DNA from: a virus | Virus record (IMG/VR): IMGVR_UViG_3300026521_000466 | Coordinates: 100,798-164,797 of that record | DNA: 64,000 nucleotides | Direction: 5' to 3' (one strand) | Part shown: positions 38,920 to 48,264 of the stretch, one piece after another | Numbering within the stretch: position 1 is the stretch's first letter | Layout: each line of letters opens with the position of its first letter | Translations under genes and position numbers: made by a program | The notes under the pieces: generated by a model | Database searches by the model: none | What the model was told of the DNA's origin: nothing | The model's input: the letters and a program-made list of their open reading frames with translations, nothing else

Positions 38920-40620
38920 CTAACCCCTCACCGCTGAATCAATAATATCGTCTAACCCATCAGATGACGGTTTATATAAATTACTGATGTTGTGATCAAT
39001 AAAGCGTATCTCAGCTTTATCTTGTTCTGTTAACACTATTTTACCTGCCTCGTTGAATCGCGCAAATGGATTAAGTGTACTCAGCGGACTTGGACAGTTT
39101 GCTTTCATATGCCCAAAGTTACCCATGAATATATCACCGCCTCTAAGTTTACGCACCTCATAAGGGAATGGATTTACCTCTTTTTGACTGGCCACCAACA
39201 CACCCTTACCACGAGATTGTAGCTCTATCTGAGATGTAACCTTAAAAAATCTGTTATCATTACTAACATTTACCAATAGCGCTGAGAGTATCTTACTACT
39301 GCTTTTAATAATATCAAGCACTAAATTATGTCTTACTTTATTACCAGTCAATATTTTATGCACACTTTGAAATGTAGCAGTACCCTGTGTCACCTGTTTT
39401 CTGATATCAGAAAACATCTTATTAAAAGACTCAATGATGTTATAACTTACATAATACATCACTTCAAGTTTTTTATCTTCGATATTATGTTCGTTCTTTA
39501 ACCCTTTCGCCTTTAAAGATGTGTATGCATTGATAACTTCATAGATCACATCAAAGAAATCCTCCACCTTATAGCCTAATGCATTGATTTCTCTTCTATT
39601 CACCAAATCTATATGGTTACCTACCTGTTCAAGATGATCGTCTATTGCCTCTATTCGACCCATTTGACTAAACATCTTTTTAAATAAAATATTGGCAAGC
39701 ATCATTTTAAAGAGCATCTTTTTCATATCATCAGTAGTAACAGCATCATACTCCTTTACCATTTCAGGTAGTATAGAGAAACCATACACAATACTGACCG
39801 CTACTTGTTTTACGGTGTATGAAGCATCTGCGTTAACTACTACAGCTACATTTTCCTCAACCGGTCTGAATCTGAGTCCTCTTATCTTCTCACCGGATGA
39901 TTGGTATACTATATAATTTGGATCTGCAATAAACTCTCCAAACTCATCTTGATCTGTCAGTACAGTTATTTCTGACCTAGGCTCGTATTTCTGTATAAAA
40001 CCATCTATTCCGTACTTAGCCAATAGATATAATGACAGTGGAGTTTCTGGGGTTCCAAAAGATGGATTCTTAAGGTTCTTATTGTTATATAATTTTGCCA
40101 TATAATTAATATTTTCATGTGATAATTCCCCATCCACATAGACAGTATACGGAAAATCTTTCATCGCATTTTTCATACTAAAAAGTTTGATAAACACATG
40201 ATTTCTATGCGGGTATATCACAGGATCGGTAATAACTGGCATAATATAGTACTCTGTCCCCGTCATCTCTATAAGCCCATTATTCTTTACTGCCAATACA
40301 TAGAAATGTTTATAAATACTCTCTCCCTCGTATTGAAACTCCAAAAGTATCTTTCTAATAGATGTCTCTCTTATCTCAAACCACACATCTTGAGTTTTCA
40401 CGGTCCCTCTATTTGTTTTTAACATAGAATCAAACTCCTCAAATGGATCGAGTCGTTTATATCCAATATATTTAAAACCTGGTATACGAGCAGAAGGAGA
40501 TCCAAGTACTTCATTAAGATACCTATCCATCTCTCTCAACTCATCCCTAGCCCTACCTACAAGTACTTCTTTACTAAACTCAATATCGTCAAAGGCGATT
40601 GCCTTAAAATATTTATTCAT
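38920..40620 (-). CDS. Non-virion RNA polymerase beta N-terminal subunit (phiKZ gp123-like)
   Basis: Y+..VL...PGFKY.GY.R..P.EEF N-terminus, G.EYYIMPVITD, P.PLS.LNPF C-terminus recalled from the gp123 family; own early promoter. Confidence 0.72.
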   Translation of the reverse strand: MNKYFKAIAFDDIEFSKEVLVGRARDELREMDRYLNEVLGSPSARIPGFKYIGYKRLDPFEEFDSMLKTNRGTVKTQDVWFEIRETSIRKILLEFQYEGESIYKHFYVLAVKNNGLIEMTGTEYYIMPVITDPVIYPHRNHVFIKLFSMKNAMKDFPYTVYVDGELSHENINYMAKLYNNKNLKNPSFGTPETPLSLYLLAKYGIDGFIQKYEPRSEITVLTDQDEFGEFIADPNYIVYQSSGEKIRGLRFRPVEENVAVVVNADASYTVKQVAVSIVYGFSILPEMVKEYDAVTTDDMKKMLFKMMLANILFKKMFSQMGRIEAIDDHLEQVGNHIDLVNRREINALGYKVEDFFDVIYEVINAYTSLKAKGLKNEHNIEDKKLEVMYYVSYNIIESFNKMFSDIRKQVTQGTATFQSVHKILTGNKVRHNLVLDIIKSSSKILSALLVNVSNDNRFFKVTSQIELQSRGKGVLVASQKEVNPFPYEVRKLRGGDIFMGNFGHMKANCPSPLSTLNPFARFNEAGKIVLTEQDKAEIRFIDHNISNLYKPSSDGLDDIIDSAVRG

Positions 40621-40644
40621 CTCTTTCTCCTTTTATTATTTCTT

Positions 40645-40675
40645 ACCTAATTAATAATATACAAAAGAAAAAAAG
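40645..40675 (-). promoter_or_regulatory. Early-type promoter with TTAGGT directly downstream
   Basis: Minus strand reads TTTTTTTCTTTTGTATATTATTAATTAGGT. Confidence 0.75.
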
Positions 40676-40748
40676 AGCCTAAGTTAATCGTTATTATATT
40701 TACTAAAAAATAAATAGTGGGTCAAGTCACGGAATTCCGTGACCCGAC

Positions 40749-41162
40749 CTATTTTTTATAGAGATTAACATTCTCCAAATTTTTATACAACTTCTCAATA
40801 TGCGCAAGCTCTGAGACTGTTGGATATGAACTAGCATAAATATCCACACACACCCCACACTCTGTAATAATTTCGCGTCGCACGCGCGTGGTGTTGAGGG
40901 ATATTATATTTTCAGGACTAATGTCGTCACCAAATGTACCAAGCACAACAATATTTTTGTTTTTATCAATTTTCATTATAACTGTTACAAATTGCACACC
41001 TGTGGTTGAAACGACTAATTCTTTATCTATAATTACACCACCTGGCTCAACCATAGTTCTCACAGATAAATCTTGCACTAAAAATGTAGACCCTCTCTTT
41101 TTTATATATTTTTTAAACTCGTGACTCCTATATTCTTGCTTATACACATGCTCTATCATCAC
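40749..41162 (-). CDS. Hypothetical protein
   Basis: Overlaps the nrdB stop; followed by GTCACGGA/TCCGTGAC terminator hairpin. Confidence 0.65.
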   Translation of the reverse strand: MMIEHVYKQEYRSHEFKKYIKKRGSTFLVQDLSVRTMVEPGGVIIDKELVVSTTGVQFVTVIMKIDKNKNIVVLGTFGDDISPENIISLNTTRVRREIITECGVCVDIYASSYPTVSELAHIEKLYKNLENVNLYKK

Positions 41163-42622
41163 AGCCTCTTTGGAGAAAACTTATACTCTATATCATAATT
41201 GCAATATGCGTCGCCGATAACTGAAAGATGTCTATCGTCCAGTTTAAATGGAGATGTCACTGTAACATAACTATCTAGTGCAGGTATCTCATAAGTATGG
41301 ATCGGCGAACTTAACAACTCGAACCCCTCTAGGTTAAACGTCAATGCAGATACTGTTAGTATACTCTCCTCTTTATTAACAAAGGAAACTATCAGTAATC
41401 TGTCATCGCCTGTGTTGGAAAGCACTGTATCACGCTCTACCAACAGATAGTTGTCAGGAGCAGGCCTCTCATCTCGTATGTCCTCTACGTGATATTCACC
41501 AAGAGCATCCTGATAAAGACAATACTCATTAACAGATTTAATTATAACTCTACCATCTTCAAATTTGAAACCGTAGTCAGAATCAGCAACAACTCCCATA
41601 GAGTAATCTGTAGATTCATCTTCCAAGAACCCGGCCTTTACATCATTAACGCGAGAATAGTGTTTTACCCATTTCATGTTATTATTTATAGCTTCAGGAT
41701 AGAGAATATCAATTCCTGTACCGACACACACCTTATTCGTAAGGTACTTGATATAGTGCTCCAAATTGTTTTCGTTAAGCCCCACTCTATCATTAGTAAG
41801 TAGTATTTTTTTACCCCACTCTGTCTCTAGCTTACATGCATGATCCAGTATCTCTCTGGAATGTTCAATAATACGATTGTTCTTCAGATATGGCCTCTCT
41901 TTAAATGTTGACCTGATCATCTGTCTAAATAGGGCAGTGTGGTTGTTCTCGTCCCTATTGATGTACTTAATCATGTTGGTTGTGCCTGGCATCAACTTAT
42001 TCACAGAAAGAGAATAGAATCCTAGGAATGCACTATTAAAGTAGATAGCTTCCAATGCTTGATTTGCAAACATGGCATAGACAAACGTCTCTTCTGTAAC
42101 GTGCTCCGCTAATGATTCGTAAGTATCAACAATGATGTCATTCTTATGTTTAAGTTCTTGATCTGTAGAGCTCAAAAGATAGATATCATCAGCCGCATCC
42201 CCACATACAGAATCAATAATCCACCCATACGAAAATGCGTGTAATGATTCATCAAAAGCTTGCCTCGTCAACGCATGTGAAATCATAGGGTCTGTAACAT
42301 ATTCAATAATGTTAATAGAAAGATTCTTGGATTGAAAACTATCCATAGAAAATATCTGCGCTAATGATCTATTATAAGAATCTCTGGTCTCATCACTTAG
42401 CTCTTTGTACTGTTTAGCATCTTCTACAAGCGATACTCTTTTAGGAGTCCATTCGCACTCTAACATGCGCTCGAAAGTAGCTTTAGACCACCCATACTTA
42501 ATATCTTTAAAGTTTACGTCACTTGGAGGGTTGCCCCCAAATATCTTTCTCTCCTCAATAGGTTCACTGTCCTCTGATGTTGGATTGTATATGTTCGCCT
42601 TATTTAATACTTTGTATTCCAT
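41159..42622 (-). CDS. nrdB: Ribonucleotide reductase class Ia beta subunit with ~140 aa C-terminal extension
   Basis: W.P..V.L.ED, D84-equivalent MDSFQ, ESLHAFSY (radical Tyr), LEAIYFNSAF, INRDENNH, FLE...TDYS. Confidence 0.92.
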   Translation of the reverse strand: MEYKVLNKANIYNPTSEDSEPIEERKIFGGNPPSDVNFKDIKYGWSKATFERMLECEWTPKRVSLVEDAKQYKELSDETRDSYNRSLAQIFSMDSFQSKNLSINIIEYVTDPMISHALTRQAFDESLHAFSYGWIIDSVCGDAADDIYLLSSTDQELKHKNDIIVDTYESLAEHVTEETFVYAMFANQALEAIYFNSAFLGFYSLSVNKLMPGTTNMIKYINRDENNHTALFRQMIRSTFKERPYLKNNRIIEHSREILDHACKLETEWGKKILLTNDRVGLNENNLEHYIKYLTNKVCVGTGIDILYPEAINNNMKWVKHYSRVNDVKAGFLEDESTDYSMGVVADSDYGFKFEDGRVIIKSVNEYCLYQDALGEYHVEDIRDERPAPDNYLLVERDTVLSNTGDDRLLIVSFVNKEESILTVSALTFNLEGFELLSSPIHTYEIPALDSYVTVTSPFKLDDRHLSVIGDAYCNYDIEYKFSPKRL

Positions 42623-42664
42623 GTTGTTCCTTTATTTATTTTAGTCAGATAAGAAATTTTAAAA

Positions 42665-42803
42665 AATAAAAAAATGACACCATCCTGGACGGGGATATCC
42701 AGGAGGCATGCATTGATAGATAAATCTCGTGAGCATACCATATTTTGGCTTAGGTGTCTTGTAGCTATGTAAAAGGAGGAAAATAACTACTGGTATGCTC
42801 ATA
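42665..42803 (-). ncRNA. Candidate ~130 nt small RNA antisense to the early-leader motif and Shine-Dalgarno
   Basis: TATATATTATT promoter at 42806-42816; 11-bp stem 42730-42740/42791-42801 enclosing UUCCUCCUUUUACAUAGCUACAAGACACCUAAGCC; TCCTGGA/TCCAGGA hairpin and U tract at about 42661-42705. Confidence 0.7.
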
Positions 42804-42828
42804 TCAATAATATATAATTAAAAATTTA

Positions 42829-45800
42829 TCATTGGCAACCTGAACAGGTAACAAAGTCATCCTGTGTCAATTCATCTATCTCTTCCGGGGATTTGCCTCT
42901 TGCATAGTAAATGCTTGATACACCTAAGTGTCTTGCATAATGATAGAGAATTCCCAAATCTCTTGTTGAGTTACTAATACCTGTATCTGGGAATAGGTTT
43001 CCGGATGGTGCTTGGTCAATCCATTGCTGCACCACAGCTAGGTTTTGAATAACTTTCATCTGATCTATCTCATATGCTGATTTATAGAACTTGATAGTGT
43101 TGATATTCAGGTCAGGTACCACTGATCTAAATTCACCAACGCTGGTCTTATCAGTATATACTCTTTTAAAGATAGGTTCTATGGACGGAGTAGTATTCGT
43201 GATAACAGCAATATTTGTAGTTGGAGCCACTGCCATAACATAAAGGTTTCTCATGCCTTTACTGGTTTTCTCTCTCAGTTGGTCCCAATCCATACTCCAT
43301 GGTCTATCCACTATCTTCTTGATATTCTCATTGGCAAAATCTACAGGCAATACTCCTTTTTCCCATTCACTGCCTTTGAATCCTGGGGCGACTCCTTTTT
43401 CAACAGCTAGATCGGCTGATGCCTGATATGCATAATAAGATACCCACTCCATAATCTGGTCAATACGTTGAAGTGCCTCTTTTGAACCAAACTCAAGTCC
43501 CTCTTTGGCAAGTAGATGATGCTCGCCCATAACACCAAGACCGATAGCTCTTGTCTTCATTGCATGTCTGAATGCACCGCCAACAGGATAGTAATTTATA
43601 TCGATGATATTATCGAGTGCTCTGATCATAATAGGTACAACTCTCTTAATATCCTCTTCAGTGTTTATCTTGGATATATTTAAAGAAGCAAGAGTACAGA
43701 CGAATATTTCATCATCTTCTATTTTATTCTCTGTGTACCCAATATTCACTCCTTTATAGAAATCATTTGGGGCCAGTTTGCTATATGGCCTTCCACTCTC
43801 TGATATATCACTGCCAAGCTCTTTACCTAAAAGTTTACCTTCCCTGTCATAAACGTATGTATAGAGCTCTCCTGCTTTCGCATACTGGCTTATTTCACAA
43901 CAGAGATTAGAACTATAGATAGTTCCGAGGTGTTTATTCATATGCCTCCTGTTCATCTCATCTTTATCAACGCAGTAAGGCTCACCGGATGTCAATGCTA
44001 TAGACATAATGCTGGTATAGAGATCAGCTGCTTTCACCACCTCTTTACTAATGGAACTTGAACGTTCATAATGTTCATACCTCTCTTTGAATTCATCTCC
44101 ATAGAGATCCAACAGATCGGTAACATCATGCGGATCAAACAGCGTCCATGTTTCATTGTTTCTAACTCTCTCCATGAAGAGTTTGTTCTCCCACATAGCA
44201 ATATTCATATCGTATGCTCTACGTCTTACATCACCTGTAGGTTTATGTAGCTCCAAGAACTCTTTAAAATCTTTGTTCCATGGCTCAAGATAGACTGCTA
44301 TTGCACCCTTTCTTGTATTGTGGGTTAGAAGATATCTATCTTTTCCTTCGTCTACACCAACATGCACGAAATAGTTATTATTATGTTCGATTGTATAGTC
44401 CACAAACACCTCATCACTATCACCACCTACTGTAAATATAACTTTCTCTTCACCAAGATTGGATATTGTAACTTCACCTTCTACCACCTCGTCAGCTCGC
44501 TTATATACAATATTACTATTCTCAACAATCGGAGTAGGATGCCATGCACTGGTAGTATAAGAACCAAGTGTCGTTGTGATTTCAGTTTGTGCTAGGGAAG
44601 GTACTCTTACGGTATGTTTAGAGACTAACTTCCTTACCTCTTTTTTACCAGTCTCATTGTTTAAAGACAACGCTAACATACCAGGTTCAATTTCAGAATG
44701 GTATAGAGGAATATATGTAATTGCACTTTCAATATCATCCATTGCATTTACAATATTGATAAGTTCTTCAATAGTTGGTTTATCTGCATTGTTGATATCT
44801 ATTTTCTCTGTTACTATAGTGAGATTTTTTAGATTGACATTATGGGTATTATTGTCTTTATGATAAACAAGTCCCTTTTCATATCCGAGATAAGTCAATG
44901 CCATAACTGTAGCAATGTAATACTTTTTCTCATCAATGCTTGCAGTCAATACTTTACCGCCTTTTGATAGTTTAGCAGGTACTGTTGCAAGAGTATATCT
45001 ATTTATCATAAGTCCAAACTCATTGATCATATAGTCTTCTAGTCCTTTAACTTTTATATCCGTAAACCCTTTTGGAAGATATCTACCATTAATTGCATTT
45101 GCTAACTCAGGAACATCCGCATCTATGGATCTGCCACATAGATATTTTTCTATCTTAAGCATCTTTTCATTATAATTTTCATCATTTTCATCAAGGATTT
45201 CACTTACTATATCAGATACGTAGTTATCTCTAGCATCGCTATATTTGACATAATATTTTTCTTCCCGCACATTGTATGTCACGCCATCAACTGTGATAGT
45301 ATCAATAATAGCAATACGACTATTACTAGAGACACACCCCAACTGGTCAAACTCTAACTGAATAGCATTCGTTGTAACTGCCAATGGAACAACACCGCCT
45401 GATGCTCCCGGTATACCATCAACTACAGAACCGTCAGTCCTGACAAAACCATCTGACCAACCGATGCCACCACCGAATTTACTAAGTATAGCCATTACAG
45501 TTCTTGAGTGCATGATTCCCTCTGCACTATCATGTGTTACACCGCCATAACAGCTATTCAGCTGACATCTGATACTTCTGGCATTTGCCAGCGTCGGAGT
45601 ACTGTGCATAAAGTTAAACTGAGATACTTCACTATAGTGTTGTTCTGCATAGTGTTCTTTAAGTCCGTCTGGTTCATTCTGCATTAAAACCATTGCTACC
45701 GACATAAAGACGAACTGTGGTAACTCAAAAGGCTCTTCGTTCACAGATTTAATATATCTCTGTCTAAATGTATAAGCACCTACATAACTGAACTGATCAT

Positions 45801-46203
45801 CTCTGTCATGTTTAATAGCTTTTGCCAATCTATCAAGGTCATAGCTCAAAAGAACTTTATCAAAGATGCCGTGTTCAACCCCATACTCTATATACTTTCT
45901 AAACGAAAGACCACCCAATGTTTTAGTAACTTGATGTCTAAGATCATAAAGAAACAATCTCCCTGCTAATACTGCATTGTCAACTGCATCAATATCAATA
46001 TCCAAAACAATGATCATAATCAGTGTTTGATGTATCTGCTCCGTAGTCATACCATCTTTGATATTCTCCATGAACTTTTTCATTATTGATGTCTTATCGA
46101 CATTTAGTTCATTAGAAGCATACTCTAAGAAACCATAGATTTTGTCTATGTTAAATGGTTCTACTCTACCATCCCTCTTTATTACATTGATTTTCTCTTT
46201 CAA
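42829..46203 (-). CDS. nrdA: Ribonucleotide reductase class Ia alpha subunit with intein
   Basis: ATP cone VIKRDG, STPTLANA, LNSCY, SKFGGGIG, RKGAIAVYLEPW, SSNLCCEI, CTLASLN, APT, YY.R, C-terminal CSGC; TTG start. Confidence 0.95.
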   Translation of the reverse strand: MKEKINVIKRDGRVEPFNIDKIYGFLEYASNELNVDKTSIMKKFMENIKDGMTTEQIHQTLIMIIVLDIDIDAVDNAVLAGRLFLYDLRHQVTKTLGGLSFRKYIEYGVEHGIFDKVLLSYDLDRLAKAIKHDRDDQFSYVGAYTFRQRYIKSVNEEPFELPQFVFMSVAMVLMQNEPDGLKEHYAEQHYSEVSQFNFMHSTPTLANARSIRCQLNSCYGGVTHDSAEGIMHSRTVMAILSKFGGGIGWSDGFVRTDGSVVDGIPGASGGVVPLAVTTNAIQLEFDQLGCVSSNSRIAIIDTITVDGVTYNVREEKYYVKYSDARDNYVSDIVSEILDENDENYNEKMLKIEKYLCGRSIDADVPELANAINGRYLPKGFTDIKVKGLEDYMINEFGLMINRYTLATVPAKLSKGGKVLTASIDEKKYYIATVMALTYLGYEKGLVYHKDNNTHNVNLKNLTIVTEKIDINNADKPTIEELINIVNAMDDIESAITYIPLYHSEIEPGMLALSLNNETGKKEVRKLVSKHTVRVPSLAQTEITTTLGSYTTSAWHPTPIVENSNIVYKRADEVVEGEVTISNLGEEKVIFTVGGDSDEVFVDYTIEHNNNYFVHVGVDEGKDRYLLTHNTRKGAIAVYLEPWNKDFKEFLELHKPTGDVRRRAYDMNIAMWENKLFMERVRNNETWTLFDPHDVTDLLDLYGDEFKERYEHYERSSSISKEVVKAADLYTSIMSIALTSGEPYCVDKDEMNRRHMNKHLGTIYSSNLCCEISQYAKAGELYTYVYDREGKLLGKELGSDISESGRPYSKLAPNDFYKGVNIGYTENKIEDDEIFVCTLASLNISKINTEEDIKRVVPIMIRALDNIIDINYYPVGGAFRHAMKTRAIGLGVMGEHHLLAKEGLEFGSKEALQRIDQIMEWVSYYAYQASADLAVEKGVAPGFKGSEWEKGVLPVDFANENIKKIVDRPWSMDWDQLREKTSKGMRNLYVMAVAPTTNIAVITNTTPSIEPIFKRVYTDKTSVGEFRSVVPDLNINTIKFYKSAYEIDQMKVIQNLAVVQQWIDQAPSGNLFPDTGISNSTRDLGILYHYARHLGVSSIYYARGKSPEEIDELTQDDFVTCSGCQ
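44317..45336 (-). mobile_element. Intein (340 aa) in NrdA with NUMOD4/HNH-like insert
   Basis: DQLG|CVSSNS...TTSAWHP...FVDYTIEHNNNYFV...LLTHN|TRKGA; removing it restores DQLGTRKGA; insert contains YHKDNNTHNVNLKNL. Confidence 0.9.
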
Positions 46204-46364
46204 GATTTGTCCTTTTTTAAAATTATTTTGTAGACAACTTTGTGTCAGATAAATCCATTACAATATTTTTTAATAAAAGTTAAGAAAATAGTATCTAAAA
46301 TAATACCTATTGACATAAACTATTTTTAAATTTATTGATTAAATCAAAACATTAAAGGATACAC

Positions 46365-46928
46365 ATGATAGCAGCAATAAGTTTACTGGTAAAAGATCTC
46401 ATAGGTGCAGGACTAACAGAGTTAGCAGACGCAATATTTGATAAAGGTGAAGATTTTGTTAAAGATAAAGTAAAAGAAGCAACAGGCATCGAGTTGAAAG
46501 ACAGAGTAACAAAAGATGAGTTGAAGACACTAAAAAATAAATATGAGGATATTCTACCCCTTTTACAAGAGAAGAATAGACATGTAGAAAAGGTACTTGC
46601 TTTTAAAGAGCACATTGAAGGTGAAAAAACAAATAGAAGAAAACTCTCAACCGAGAAATATATTAAAACAGATCACAAAGTAGCAGATGAGATAGCAAGA
46701 AAAATTATTCGCGAAAACATGATCTATATCGTTATCTGTATATTGATAGAACTAGCTTCTATTGTATACTTACAGAATAACGGAAATCTACTAGCTATTA
46801 TCACAGGTATTTTTGGGAGTGTTATAACAAATCTTTACCAAGAGAGACAATCTGTTATAAACTTTCACTTCGGGTCTTCCTTGGGCAGTAAAATGAAAGA
46901 CAATGCCATAATTAATAAAGGCAAGTAA
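46365..46928 (+). CDS. Holin-like membrane protein
   Basis: Two C-terminal transmembrane helices, FHFGSS.GSK.K tail, immediately upstream of the endolysin. Confidence 0.65.
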   Translation: MIAAISLLVKDLIGAGLTELADAIFDKGEDFVKDKVKEATGIELKDRVTKDELKTLKNKYEDILPLLQEKNRHVEKVLAFKEHIEGEKTNRRKLSTEKYIKTDHKVADEIARKIIRENMIYIVICILIELASIVYLQNNGNLLAIITGIFGSVITNLYQERQSVINFHFGSSLGSKMKDNAIINKGK

Positions 46929-47803
46929 TGAAGTTTCTAAGGAACAATAAGTATATCAAATATGTATGGGATAGAGGCAATGAAACATTAGCCAACCATC
47001 TCATCTATATGATAGAAAAAGGACTCATAGATGACTTACAACTGTATTTAAATAATAAATATGGTACTAAGTTAATAGTGGATGGTATTTTCGGAATGAA
47101 TACACTTGTTGCAATAGACACAGCAATGAGAAAAGACCACGGCGTAATAGATAATTTCATTACATTAAACACTCCAAAGAAACCAACTATCAAAAAGATG
47201 GTATTGACTTTCCTTGCAGATGCCGAGGGTACAATAGTCCATTTTAATAAAAAAACGGAAACATCTTATACTGCCCCATATGGAATATATAGAAAAGTAT
47301 TCCCTAATGCCACTGTAATAAAATATATTGACAGTCTATATAGGAAATATAATTTAAATATAGAGTCTCCAAAAGACGCCAGAAGAATTAATTACCTAAT
47401 GACCAATGATGAAAAAGAACTGGCTAGAGAACTAGCATGGGAATTTTATAAAAAATACTTCATAGCAAAACCATTACTAGATATATTGGATACCAGCAGT
47501 TTTCTTACATATTTCAGTATCTCTGTAAATGGAGGAAAAAAAAGAGGGGGGAAGGCTATACAACACACGATACACGCAAAAGCTGATGGTGCAATTGGAC
47601 CAAGCACTATAAAACATATTAAAGACTTCCTGTTGCAAAAAGATTTTACGCGGTTAAATTTCGGTATGTTGGAATACATGTATAATTTCTACCGAAGACT
47701 TATCTCTATGCATAGCGAATACAGCATATATAAAAACGGATGGTATAACAGACTATTGAAAACATCTTGCGGACTATTCCAAAGAAAATATAGATCATTG
47801 TGA
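46928..47803 (+). CDS. Endolysin, GH108-like lysozyme with peptidoglycan-binding motifs
   Basis: LQ..LN...VDGIFGMNT, AEG, T.PYGI, SVNGG, DGAIGPST, GWYNRL. Confidence 0.8.
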   Translation: MKFLRNNKYIKYVWDRGNETLANHLIYMIEKGLIDDLQLYLNNKYGTKLIVDGIFGMNTLVAIDTAMRKDHGVIDNFITLNTPKKPTIKKMVLTFLADAEGTIVHFNKKTETSYTAPYGIYRKVFPNATVIKYIDSLYRKYNLNIESPKDARRINYLMTNDEKELARELAWEFYKKYFIAKPLLDILDTSSFLTYFSISVNGGKKRGGKAIQHTIHAKADGAIGPSTIKHIKDFLLQKDFTRLNFGMLEYMYNFYRRLISMHSEYSIYKNGWYNRLLKTSCGLFQRKYRSL

Positions 47804-47821
47804 TGGGATTCCCATCACAAT
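47797..47821. terminator. Hairpin between convergent genes
   Basis: ATTGTGATGGG/CCCATCACAAT. Confidence 0.7.
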
Positions 47822-48264
47822 GTCGGTCTTTTTACTCTGTCGCGCAAGGAAACAATAACGTCACTGCTCTTTATCCTTCTACTATATATAACAAGCGCTA
47901 AATAACAAATTCGTATATTGTCAGTCGGAATATCTCTGACAATAGTGTCCTTGACTGCATTTACAACTTCAAATGTATTTTTGATAGTATCAAAATATAT
48001 AGACATGTAATTGTTGATATAATCAACACATCCATTTATGGATAAATAATGATACATATCAGTAAGAAAATATATATTCTCCCAACTCATTTCATATGCT
48101 GGCTTTACACTGATCACGCCGTCCACACAATCTGTAAGTGTGGAATTTGTGATTGCTAATATCATATTATATATATTATTAAATACATCTCCGCTGGCGT
48201 CATCTAGGTATATAGAAGACTGTAAGAATATTGTCATATGCTCATGAAATTCTTCACTCTTCAT
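47815..48264 (-). CDS. Hypothetical protein
   Basis: 149 aa ORF overlapping the upstream stop. Confidence 0.65.
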   Translation of the reverse strand: MKSEEFHEHMTIFLQSSIYLDDASGDVFNNIYNMILAITNSTLTDCVDGVISVKPAYEMSWENIYFLTDMYHYLSINGCVDYINNYMSIYFDTIKNTFEVVNAVKDTIVRDIPTDNIRICYLALVIYSRRIKSSDVIVSLRDRVKRPTL

